In this document: positions 56,477-64,000 of the stretch, piece after piece | Layout of the letters: each line of letters opens with the position of its first letter | How positions within the stretch are numbered: the first letter of the stretch is position 1 | DNA from: Candidatus Levyibacteriota bacterium | GTDB lineage: Bacteria; Patescibacteriota; Microgenomatia; Levybacterales; UBA12049 | DNA: 64,000 nucleotides | Direction of reading: 5' to 3' | NCBI GenBank assembly: GCA_963716145.1 | Contig: OY970292.1 | Coordinates: 405,171-469,170, forward strand | Made by a program: the position numbers and the translations under genes | Notes under the pieces: generated by a model | Databases searched by the model: none | What the model was told of the DNA's origin: nothing | Seen by the model: only the letters and a program-made list of their open reading frames with translations

Positions 56477-58066
56477 TTATTTACCTTTCAATTGTACCTC
56501 AACTGCCACATCTTTTCCAGTAAGCATTTTAGCTATTCTGGAAATCTCATTTAGTGTTTTAACATCACTAAGCCGTTCTTTGTGAAATTTAAATTCTGTC
56601 TCTATAATAAGAGTTTTTTTATCAAAACTGCTAAGGCGTGCTCCCCTCAGAACTCCGGCAATTGTGTGATTATAATTTTTCATTTCAGAAATTATGCTTC
56701 TCCAGAATGTCTCAAGCCATTCTTTGGAGAGAGCGCCTGTTGCTGAAGTATGCAAAAGATTGCCACTCTTATTGACTGGCAAAGCCTCTTTCGCCGCTGA
56801 ATCCTCCTTTGGAGGACCATACATTGCTTTGATTTTTTTCATATTTCCATCCTGTTTTCTAAGCGTTGAAACAGAAACTCCGGATTCTTCTTCATTATTT
56901 TCGCTCTTGCGCTCTTGCGCTCTTGCGCTTAACTGACCAATCTCTATGATCGCCAATTCAAGCGGCAGCTGCGGAAGAACTGAGTATTTGGTATCCTGGT
57001 AAACCTGATTAAAAATCTTGGCTAGAGTTTTTAATTCGTTGACATCAAATTCTACATTCAAAGATCGTTCATTTTCTGATTTTTTCTCTACCCCAACTTC
57101 TTCCAACAATCTTTTATTTAGCTCCATTAAAATTTGTACAATAAAAAATTTAATATCAATTCCTTGTGAAATTAATGTTTCAATTATCCTAAGCCCATAT
57201 TTTACGCCCTCGTTTTTATCGCCATTCTTAAGTGAAGCAAATAAGTTTGCGATGTGCAGAGGAATGCTTGTTGTCTTGTATGACTTTTCAAGAAGTGCAT
57301 GTGTAATTTTAGTGGTATTATTTAGTGATATTTCCTCCAAAATCTTTGCGGCGTCCCGAAAGCCACCATCTGCCATTTTCGCGATTGAATAAAGAGAATC
57401 GTCATCTATTTTGATCTTCTCCGCATCAACTATGCGTTTGAGTGAATGCACAATCTCCTCCTCGGTTGCCAGATTAAAATTGATATGAAAGCATCTTGAT
57501 ACAATTGTGTCAGGAACTTTTTGCGGTTCAGTGGTACAAAGAATGAACATCGCATGCTCCGGAGGCTCCTCAAGAGTCTTGAGAAGAGCATTAAACGCTT
57601 CAGTTGTGAGCATATGCACCTCGTCAATTATGTAAACCTTTTTACTTGAGCTCATAGGCGCAAGTCTGATTTTTTCTTTTAGATCCCTAATCTCATCAAT
57701 CCCCCTGTTGCTAGCAGCATCAATTTCCAGAATATCCATGTTGGAACCATTAGTTATCGAGATGCACTGTTCACATTTGTTGCAAGGCTCTATGCTTCGC
57801 AAACTTTGAACTGAGGACTCAGAACTAAGAACATTTCCTTTGAGTTCTTTGTTCTTTGTTCTTTGTTCTTTGTTAACTGTACGGCCAGTACAGTTAACGA
57901 CTTTTGCGATTATTCTGGCGGCTGAAGTTTTACCAAGTCCTTTTGGGCCTGTAAAAAGAAAAGCGTGGGCCGGTTCTTTGACCAATAGAGAAGTTAAAGT
58001 CTCACGCACTGACTTACTGTCAAGATCGTCAATTTTTTGCGGGCGATATTTACGATAATATACCAT
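56477..58066 (-). CDS. dnaX: DNA polymerase III subunit gamma/tau.
   Basis: AAA+ motifs GPKGLGKTS and DEVHML, plus a zinc module (CNKCEQC). It contains the (GCTCTTGC)x3 tract at 56899-56924. Confidence 0.9.
   Translation of the reverse strand: MVYYRKYRPQKIDDLDSKSVRETLTSLLVKEPAHAFLFTGPKGLGKTSAARIIAKVVNCTGRTVNKEQRTKNKELKGNVLSSESSVQSLRSIEPCNKCEQCISITNGSNMDILEIDAASNRGIDEIRDLKEKIRLAPMSSSKKVYIIDEVHMLTTEAFNALLKTLEEPPEHAMFILCTTEPQKVPDTIVSRCFHINFNLATEEEIVHSLKRIVDAEKIKIDDDSLYSIAKMADGGFRDAAKILEEISLNNTTKITHALLEKSYKTTSIPLHIANLFASLKNGDKNEGVKYGLRIIETLISQGIDIKFFIVQILMELNKRLLEEVGVEKKSENERSLNVEFDVNELKTLAKIFNQVYQDTKYSVLPQLPLELAIIEIGQLSARAQERKSENNEEESGVSVSTLRKQDGNMKKIKAMYGPPKEDSAAKEALPVNKSGNLLHTSATGALSKEWLETFWRSIISEMKNYNHTIAGVLRGARLSSFDKKTLIIETEFKFHKERLSDVKTLNEISRIAKMLTGKDVAVEVQLKGK
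56899..56924. repeat. 26-nt tandem micro-repeat GCTCTTGCGCTCTTGCGCTCTTGCGC inside dnaX.
   Basis: Identical to the malQ copy. It encodes ARAQERKS in a non-conserved linker. Confidence 0.75.
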
Positions 58067-58180
58067 ATTTCAGAACACTCGGAAAACTCGGTGAATCAGC
58101 GCTTCGGACAATCTGATATTCAGACACATCAAACTCTCTGACCTTCTGAGTGTTCTGAGTTTTCTGAATAAAACTCATTT
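58067..58180. repeat. R3-family MITE-like element, copy b. It lies between the dnaX start and the ybeY stop.
   Basis: 5' TTCAGAACACTCGGAAAACTC ... 3' CTGAGTGTTCTGAGTTTTCTGAA. The terminal inverted repeats and the 20-mer are shared with 34407-34509. Confidence 0.7.
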
Positions 58181-58567
58181 TTACTCATGATGAAGACCAA
58201 GCAAATGAAGCATTCCGTGCCTTACAAGCTCCTCAACTCTCTCGTCAACCAACAGTTCGTCGCGTGCTGCTTCTTTTATTACCTCAGGATAAGAAATAAC
58301 TATGTCTCCAAGCCGCGTTATGCCTGATGGCAATTTTGATGATTCGCCTTCAGCAAGTGGAAAAGAAAGAACATTGGTCGTCGTATCCTTATCGCGGTAC
58401 TGCTTATTGAGCTTCTTCATCTTGCGGTCTCCAACTATCGCGACAGAAACTTCAATCGGGCTTTTGAGCTCATTTTCTTCGCAAACACTGTATATAGCAG
58501 ATTTTATCTTCTTACGAGCAACTTTATATCTGCTTTCAACATAGATGAGAACATTAATATTATCCAT
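58181..58567 (-). CDS. ybeY: rRNA maturation endoribonuclease YbeY.
   Basis: HGMLHLLGLHHE (H..H.....H). Confidence 0.85.
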   Translation of the reverse strand: MDNINVLIYVESRYKVARKKIKSAIYSVCEENELKSPIEVSVAIVGDRKMKKLNKQYRDKDTTTNVLSFPLAEGESSKLPSGITRLGDIVISYPEVIKEAARDELLVDERVEELVRHGMLHLLGLHHE

Positions 58568-58669
58568 ATGCTATCTTCCATTTTCCAGGTTCCTTCTGCC
58601 ATTAATTGTCCATTTTAAAATTATCAAATCGAAAATAAATGGAAAATGGTAAATGGACAGTGGAAAATC

Positions 58670-58858
58670 TTAAAAGAGTTTAACTCTCGCTGCTTCTTCC
58701 TGCTTCATTTTTTTCTTAAGCTTTTTAGCAAGTGACGGCTTGAGATAAAATTTGCGTCTTTTGGCCTCCTGGATAATGCCAGCGTCCATTACTTTTTTTG
58801 AAAAATTTCTGATTACCTGATCATCTGACTGACCGGGCATTTTTTTAACATGTACCAT
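58670..58858 (-). CDS. rpsU: 30S ribosomal protein S21.
   Basis: MVHVKKMPGQSDDQVIRNFSKK ... RRKFYLKPS, S21-like. GGTGG Shine-Dalgarno upstream. Confidence 0.7.
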   Translation of the reverse strand: MVHVKKMPGQSDDQVIRNFSKKVMDAGIIQEAKRRKFYLKPSLAKKLKKKMKQEEAARVKLF

Positions 58859-58880
58859 AAAACAACACCACCTTTCGATA

Positions 58881-58966
58881 AATTTCAAATAAATACCAAT
58901 TTCAAATTACAAATGCTAAATTAATTATTGGGAATTGGATATTTGAAATTAGAAATTTGTAATTCC
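58881..58966 (-). repeat. R1-family element, copy d (upstream of rpsU).
   Basis: AATTTCAAATAAATACCAATTTCAAAT ... ATTTGAAATTAGAAATTTG. Confidence 0.75.
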
Positions 58967-59011
58967 TTGCTATATTCTACCCCAAATCCTGCCTTGTGTA
59001 AACAGTAGCTT

Positions 59012-59338
59012 CTACATCCCGTCCGTATTTTTCATCGGGCCCATGAGGTGGATGTGGAAATGTTTTATCGCTTCAGCTCCCCCGGCATTAATACCTATTC
59101 TATAACCTTTTCCCTTATCAAGTCCTTCCCGATTGGCTATTTTCTTAACAACTTCAAGCAATTTTTGCATCAAATCAGGCTCAACTGATGAAAATTCTGG
59201 GACATGGACTTTCGGAACAATCAAAAGATGAACAGGCTTCACCGGATGAATATCAGGAAAAACCATTACGTCGCTATCTTCATACAAAAATTCTTTTTTA
59301 ATCTCCCCTGTTACAAATTTACAAAAAAGACAATCCAT
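59012..59338 (-). CDS. HIT-family protein.
   Basis: Histidine triad HFHIHLMG. Confidence 0.85.
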   Translation of the reverse strand: MDCLFCKFVTGEIKKEFLYEDSDVMVFPDIHPVKPVHLLIVPKVHVPEFSSVEPDLMQKLLEVVKKIANREGLDKGKGYRIGINAGGAEAIKHFHIHLMGPMKNTDGM

Positions 59339-59340
59339 AC

Positions 59341-59448
59341 ATTAATTTTTAATTCTCAATTTAAAATTTGAAATGAATATTTAATGTTTTAAATTTAAAT
59401 TTTTAAACCTTTGGATTTCAATAAAAATTGAAAATTACAAATTGAAAA
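59341..59448 (-). repeat. R2-family element, copy b (upstream of the HIT gene).
   Basis: 51-nt identity with copy a, plus the conserved tail. Confidence 0.8.
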
Positions 59449-60354
59449 TTAAATTCTCTCTAGCACTCTAATTATATCAGCTAGGGATAATTTTGTCGGG
59501 CGCATTTTGGGATTTTTGGGAGTACCATTGAGAAGCATTTTTTTGGAGATGTGCAGAAACCAAGTGGCATCTGGATCAATTTTCCTCAATTGCTCATAAG
59601 CCAGAGTCAGGTCTATGCCTTTGTCTTTTACTGTCGCCGGTAATGTCTTGATCCTGACATATCCCTTTCTCGGATCTTTACGGACTACAAGAACATAGCC
59701 TTGTTTTTGTGCCAGTTTCAAAACCGTGTCATTCAGAGTCTCAAACCCCATCGCTTTTCCGTATTTTGTCTTAAATTCAATCCCCTTCTCCTTAATCTCC
59801 TTCTCAGCCCAAATACGGTTCTCAAAAGTGTGAACCAGACCCTCCAGACAATCAATTCCAAATTTCACGTATTCACTATCTTGTCCTGGTTTTTGTAACT
59901 TTACCCCCTCCAAAAGACCAAGTAAAGAAAATTCGTGATAGTCAGCTGAGGCGTCTTTCCAATAAACCTCTTTAAAATGATCAGTATCGACAATTATCTT
60001 GACAATTCTGGATACTGCTTCGATATGCTCAGGAGTCAACGTGTCTCCAGCCTTTTTAATCTGCTTTTGCACATAATCCCAGCTGAGCGATGCTCCGCAA
60101 ACAGTTGTATCTTGAGTTTGGTGATGATCAAGCGGCCCAAGCCCCGTGTCAACATGTATGATTTCCTCCTCGCCAATAAGTTCTATCGGGTCTTTTCCTT
60201 GATTCTTAATTCTTAATTCTTGCTTCCCCAATCTTTGCCCCGCAGGGACAAACTTGACTTCAGCTTTCTCCCATCCGGGTAAAAACCTTTTTATAATCCA
60301 GACAGAACCTATCGCATCCCAGTCTGGGGACATGTGGGTAACAATGATTTTCAT
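59449..60354 (-). CDS. DHH-family phosphoesterase (NrnA-like).
   Basis: HMSPDWDAIGS ... HVDTG ... LDHHQ. Confidence 0.7.
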   Translation of the reverse strand: MKIIVTHMSPDWDAIGSVWIIKRFLPGWEKAEVKFVPAGQRLGKQELRIKNQGKDPIELIGEEEIIHVDTGLGPLDHHQTQDTTVCGASLSWDYVQKQIKKAGDTLTPEHIEAVSRIVKIIVDTDHFKEVYWKDASADYHEFSLLGLLEGVKLQKPGQDSEYVKFGIDCLEGLVHTFENRIWAEKEIKEKGIEFKTKYGKAMGFETLNDTVLKLAQKQGYVLVVRKDPRKGYVRIKTLPATVKDKGIDLTLAYEQLRKIDPDATWFLHISKKMLLNGTPKNPKMRPTKLSLADIIRVLERI

Positions 60355-60540
60355 TAGGGTAAGTATACGCTAACAATTTTTAATTTTCAATTTTTAACTT
60401 GAAATGAAAGCTAAATGTTTTAAAATTTAATTTTGAACCTTGCCTGCCGGCAGGCAGGAATTCATTGAAAATTGTAAATTTTAAATTGAAAATTTTGAGT
60501 TGAACTATAGATTGACATGAACCCTTGACAAACATCCGTA
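60355..60540 (-). repeat. R2-family element, copy c (diverged). It carries an embedded GC palindrome GCCTGCCGGCAGGC at 60442-60455.
   Basis: Similar AT-rich blocks (TTGAAATGAAAGCTAAATGTTTTAAAATTTAATTTTGAAC; TTCATTGAAAATTGTAAATTTTAAATTGAAAATT). Confidence 0.6.
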
Positions 60541-60569
60541 AATGTCTGAAGATATAAATATAGACTATT

Positions 60570-60971
60570 ATGGATCCGACATCACTTTCCAATCTTGACC
60601 CAAAATTGAAGGATACGTATGAACGGGTGATGGGGACTTCTACTCCTGCCCCGGCAGATGCTTCAGCACCTACTACTCCTACTGCGTCTCAAACTCTTGC
60701 CGACTCAGCCCCCGCAGCTGACTCTTCAACGACAGAGAATACGCTAAGCCCGCTTCCGGAAAATACATCTCCGGCTTCTGCCGAACCACATCCTGAGACA
60801 GTTACCATAAACCAGCCATTACCACCGACACCAGCCGCTTCAGCAATAATAGATAAGCCACATGGACATTCTGGACTAATTGTAGTGTTCTACGTTTTGG
60901 GAGCAATAGTGTTTTTTGTAATCTATATTTTCTTCTGGGCCAAAATCTTCAATATTGCTCTTCCGTTCTAA
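60570..60971 (+). CDS. Hypothetical Pro/Thr/Ala-rich protein with a C-terminal transmembrane helix.
   Basis: ORF with a low-complexity extracellular-type region. Confidence 0.45.
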   Translation: MDPTSLSNLDPKLKDTYERVMGTSTPAPADASAPTTPTASQTLADSAPAADSSTTENTLSPLPENTSPASAEPHPETVTINQPLPPTPAASAIIDKPHGHSGLIVVFYVLGAIVFFVIYIFFWAKIFNIALPF

Positions 60972-61229
60972 CATAATTCTTACCGCATTATCCTTGTAAT
61001 CGAGCTCAGTTTAGGCTATAATTATGGCTTATGAAAGATGGTCAACCTATTGATATGTCGCGATATTTTATAAAACCTTCCAGTGATTCTGAAAGTGTTA
61101 GGGAAGGAACTAGAAAAAAGTGGAAGAAAGGACCTAAGCCCCCACCGGAAAAATACAAGGAAGCAACACGAAAGGAGGGCGAGAGGAGAGGTAGTAGAGG
61201 ACGCGAACCCAGACCGATGCCTTAATTTC

Positions 61230-62918
61230 CTACTTCATCCGCTTCAAAACTTCATCAAACGTTAACAGTTCCGTTTCTTTCTTGGTTCTTTCCTTCCACT
61301 CGATCTTGCCTCCTGACTTGGTACTGACGACCAGTCTCACAGGAATTCCAATCAGGTCCGCGTCAGCAAATTGAGTACCAGCCGATACATCCTCCCGATC
61401 GTCATATAAAACTTCAATACCCGCCTTTTGTAGCTGCTCATAAACTTTCTCCGCTTTATCACTACTTTTGATAGAAATCAAATGAACATCAAACGGCGCC
61501 ACAGACGCAGGCCAGATAATACCTTTGTCATCATTGCTCACTTCAACAACAGCAGCCATTGATCTACCAATTCCAAACCCATGTGCTCCCATATAGTATG
61601 GAATTACATTTCCTTTTTCATTCATAAAAGATGCGCCTGCCATTTTCAGGGAATAATGCTGACCATATTGGAAAATATTACCCGCTTCAATTCCTCTCTT
61701 TTCAATTAGTTTTGATTTACCATCAGGTGCGAGAAATCCATCCTTTGCTTTTGCAACATCAGCTGTAATTGGATGTTCAAAATCTCTTCCATAATTTACA
61801 TTTCTTGAGTCGGTTTTTTCTTCCTTCTGTCCGCCTATAAAATTCCTAACAGTTCTAAGAGAGTTATCTCCGACAAATTTCACTTTTTTATCTTTGTATC
61901 CCCAGGAGTGAACGTAACCTGATTTTGTTCCAATCGATGCCAGATCTTCATCCGTTGCGTCATCCAAAAGCCCAATGGTATCTGTAACGTGCTCTAGTTT
62001 ATTCTTATTGACTTCAAGATCTCCTCTTATGGTTGCTATAATAATTTCGCCGGTAACCCGATTTTTATAAACAACGTTTTTCACAAACCTTGATGTCGAC
62101 AATTTGTAATACTTCGTGTTTTCAGCCATAGTTCTCACCCAGTCAGGCTGCTCAACAATTTCAAATTCTTTGACCTCTTCTTCGGGATTTACATCTTCAT
62201 GCTTAAATGTCGCGATATCCTCATGGGCAATATATTTTCCGTCTTCAGAAACAAAATATGTACTCTCACCGACTTGACTTTCGACAATAAATTCATCGCA
62301 ATATTCACCACCAAAATATCCATTATCTGCTGGCACAACTTCAACTTTTAATCCAATCCGTTCAAAACTTTTTAAATAGGCTTTTTTAAACAATTCGTAT
62401 TGTTCTATAAATTCTTCATTGCTTCTTGCGAATGTATATGCATCCTTCATCACGAATTCTCTGACTCTTAAAAGCCCGCCCCGTGCCCTTAATTCATCCC
62501 TAAATTTATGCCCGAATTGATAGATGTTGATAGGAAGATCTTTGTAGCTTATCTGAAATTTGCGGACAACATCAACAAACATTTCCTCCGCAGTTCCCCC
62601 AACTGCAAATTTGGCACCGCGGCGGTCTTCAACTGTCATCAGCTCATATCCACCTGATTTATCCCTATTTGTTTCCTCCCATAACTCTATCGGGTGAAGT
62701 ATTGGGGCAAGCATCTTCTGAGCTCCAATCCTATCCATTTCCTCCTCAACAATTTTGGAAACCTTATCATGCACTCTCATACCAAGAGGTAATAGGTAGT
62801 ATCTCCCCGCGGTGCTTTCGCGGATGAATCCTGCTTGATGCAACAATTTGTGAGACGCTAGAGTTGCGTCCTTTGGCACATCTTTAATTGTTTTACCGAA
62901 TAGCTTACTATACCTCAT
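61230..62918 (-). CDS. proS: Proline--tRNA ligase (bacterial type).
   Basis: Class II motifs (FRDELRARGGLLRVREFVMKDAY ... GGRG-type), editing insertion and a C-terminal anticodon-binding domain. 562 aa. Confidence 0.9.
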   Translation of the reverse strand: MRYSKLFGKTIKDVPKDATLASHKLLHQAGFIRESTAGRYYLLPLGMRVHDKVSKIVEEEMDRIGAQKMLAPILHPIELWEETNRDKSGGYELMTVEDRRGAKFAVGGTAEEMFVDVVRKFQISYKDLPINIYQFGHKFRDELRARGGLLRVREFVMKDAYTFARSNEEFIEQYELFKKAYLKSFERIGLKVEVVPADNGYFGGEYCDEFIVESQVGESTYFVSEDGKYIAHEDIATFKHEDVNPEEEVKEFEIVEQPDWVRTMAENTKYYKLSTSRFVKNVVYKNRVTGEIIIATIRGDLEVNKNKLEHVTDTIGLLDDATDEDLASIGTKSGYVHSWGYKDKKVKFVGDNSLRTVRNFIGGQKEEKTDSRNVNYGRDFEHPITADVAKAKDGFLAPDGKSKLIEKRGIEAGNIFQYGQHYSLKMAGASFMNEKGNVIPYYMGAHGFGIGRSMAAVVEVSNDDKGIIWPASVAPFDVHLISIKSSDKAEKVYEQLQKAGIEVLYDDREDVSAGTQFADADLIGIPVRLVVSTKSGGKIEWKERTKKETELLTFDEVLKRMK

Positions 62919-62936
62919 AATAAATTCATCTTAAAT

Positions 62937-62954
62937 CCTGAGCTTGCCGAAGGA
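62937..62954. repeat. GC-motif copy CCTGAGCTTGCCGAAGGA, intergenic, just upstream of the proS start.
   Basis: The exact core sits outside any ORF. Confidence 0.75.
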
Positions 62955-62983
62955 CCGAATAATTTAGAATATTTCATATTAAT

Positions 62984-63611
62984 TTATAGATTACTCTGAA
63001 CCCCTGCCTTTTGCAATATACCTCTGTATCCATCAGAAAAAGCTTTTCCTTTCATGCATAAAAATCTTTGATCCCCTAAAGGATACGCTACTAATGTTTT
63101 ATTCCTGAAAAGTGCTCGCGTTAGTCCTTCGCTAAAATGAATATACGAAAAACCATCCAGATACCTTCTGCTTACAACCACCGAACATTCTCCCCTTTTT
63201 CTCCCCATCACTACTTCAGTATCGATTCCCACGTGATCAATACCGGTTGGCTCTTGGATTCCTAAATCTTTGACAATTTTTGCCTTATTATACGACTCAT
63301 GATCAAAGGACGTTGTTAACGCTAGGCTGGAAAAACCATCATACCCATTGCGTATTACTAAAGTTTTGGGAACAACTAATTGATTTTTGCTAAATTTCCC
63401 AAGTAATTTTTCATCTTTTCCTAACTCCCGCTTTACATCGTCTCCATGTACATAAAAATCTCCAATTCTTATAACTTCCCATGAGCTATAATCAACTCCT
63501 TCAATTAACTCCTGTGCTGTATCGCAGAGGAACTACCCTCGCCGCAGCAGTTTCTCCCTGCTGAGTAAGGGCTCCTTCCATTTCGTCATGATTTATGTTT
63601 CTTTCAATCAT
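62984..63611 (-). CDS. Hypothetical protein between the T-box leader and proS. The long frame has no ATG until 63611 in another frame, so a frameshift is possible.
   Basis: Frame A: MIERNINHDEMEGALTQQGETAAARVVPLRYSTGVN*. Frame B is open for about 180 codons (...ELIEGVDYSSWEVIRIGDFYVHGDD...GILQKAGVQSNL). Confidence 0.3.
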
Positions 63612-63628
63612 ATTCTTGTTTACATTTC

Positions 63629-63685
63629 CAAACAACAAAAACGCCCGTATCTCCTCTCCAATTATTTGAAGAAGAAATACGGGCG
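63629..63685 (-). terminator. Intrinsic terminator of the T-box leader (minus strand).
   Basis: Stem CGCCCGTAT / ATACGGGCG followed by TTTTTGTTGTTT in minus-strand sense. It ends about 20 nt before the ATG at 63611. Confidence 0.7.
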
Positions 63686-63862
63686 ATCTTAATCGCGGTA
63701 CCACCGTAATTTGTACTCACATGCTCCGTGACCGACACATGTTTGTTCTGTAACGGGAACCTCCCGTACTGCTTATCGCAGTCAGCCCCGAGTTAATCGG
63801 GATCCCGAATGAAAACTATCATCGGGACTCGTCTGGTAGGATGCCAGACTATAACGCTTTAT
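63629..63862 (-). promoter_or_regulatory. T-box riboswitch-like leader (tRNA-sensing transcription antitermination).
   Basis: Minus-strand AATTACGGTGGTACCGCG (plus 63694-63707) matches T-box AGGGUGGNACCGCG at 13 of 14 positions. It is directly 5' of the terminator. Upstream hairpins include GUCUGG-CAUCCUA-CCAGAC (CCU followed by A). An aminoacyl-tRNA synthetase gene lies downstream. Confidence 0.6.
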
Positions 63863-63868
63863 GATTTG

Positions 63869-63897
63869 ATTATATAAACAAAAATCCCTTTTGTCAA
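63869..63897 (-). promoter_or_regulatory. Consensus sigma70-type promoter on the minus strand (TTGACA-17 nt-TATAAT).
   Basis: Minus-strand sense reads TTGACAAAAGGGATTTTTGTTTATATAAT. It drives transcription into the T-box leader. Confidence 0.65.
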
Positions 63898-63920
63898 CTT
63901 CTGTATAGAAAGTTTCTTAT

Positions 63921-64000
63921 TCAGCTCTTTGAGGACGTCTTGATTGAACAATACGTTCTTGCAAGGTCTCTGCATATGATCGCAGATTCTCAAGAGAAAT
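63921..64000 (-). CDS. 3' end of an unidentified minus-strand gene (partial).
   Basis: Open frame ...ISLENLRSYAETLQERIVQSRRPQRAE* that ends at 63921. Confidence 0.3.

Noticed and set aside
63820-63850. TPP riboswitch (plus-strand GTCTGGTAGGATGCCAGAC resembles the TPP P4/P5 CUGGAUAAUGCCAGCG)
   Set aside because: No CUGAGA box. The promoter and terminator are on the minus strand. The minus strand contains a T-box consensus instead.
1-64000. tRNA genes, rRNA genes, transposases and integrases
   Set aside because: No T-loop or cloverleaf candidates in any intergenic gap. No DDE, HUH or tyrosine-recombinase motifs in any ORF. The MITE-like R3 element has no cognate transposase in this window.

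Overview
This is an AT-rich bacterial chromosomal window with about 75 protein genes, mostly on the minus strand. I found no rRNA or tRNA genes, no CRISPR array and no transposase or integrase.

Gene content:
- Housekeeping blocks: htrA'-ctpA-hyp-rpsR-ssb-rpsF, ychF, def, glnA, uppS-cysS, recR-prs-prs-ybaB-dnaX-ybeY-rpsU, a class A PBP, msrB, and proS.
- Central carbon genes: transketolase split into N- and C-subunit genes, class I fructose-bisphosphate aldolase, glycerate 2-kinase and a PfkB kinase.
- A carbohydrate cluster: malQ, GH18, a DUF218 protein, GH1 and two glycosyltransferases.
- A signalling cluster: three orphan receiver proteins, an OmpR regulator, a GAF-GAF histidine kinase and a DUF4118 histidine kinase.
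- Many small hypothetical membrane proteins.

The split transketolase, class I aldolase and tandem prs copies fit a small-genome (possibly Patescibacteria-like) lineage. That is an inference only.

Most interesting signals:
1. Several families of short repeated elements that the genes do not explain. These are AT-rich dyad-symmetric elements ending right at start codons (three families plus a related one before prs), a MITE-like element with terminal inverted repeats (two copies), and short GC-rich motifs. The GC-rich motifs sit in frame inside conserved genes: an 18-nt motif three times in cysS in all three reading frames and once in the ssb tail, a 36-nt palindrome in ychF, and an identical (GCTCTTGC)x3 tract in malQ and dnaX.
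2. A T-box leader on the minus strand with a consensus sigma70 promoter and an intrinsic terminator. It lies upstream of an unknown gene and proS.
3. Four ORF disruptions (ctpA, an SDR gene, the transketolase C-subunit and a histidine kinase). Each is repaired by a one-base homopolymer length change, so assembly indel errors are likely.
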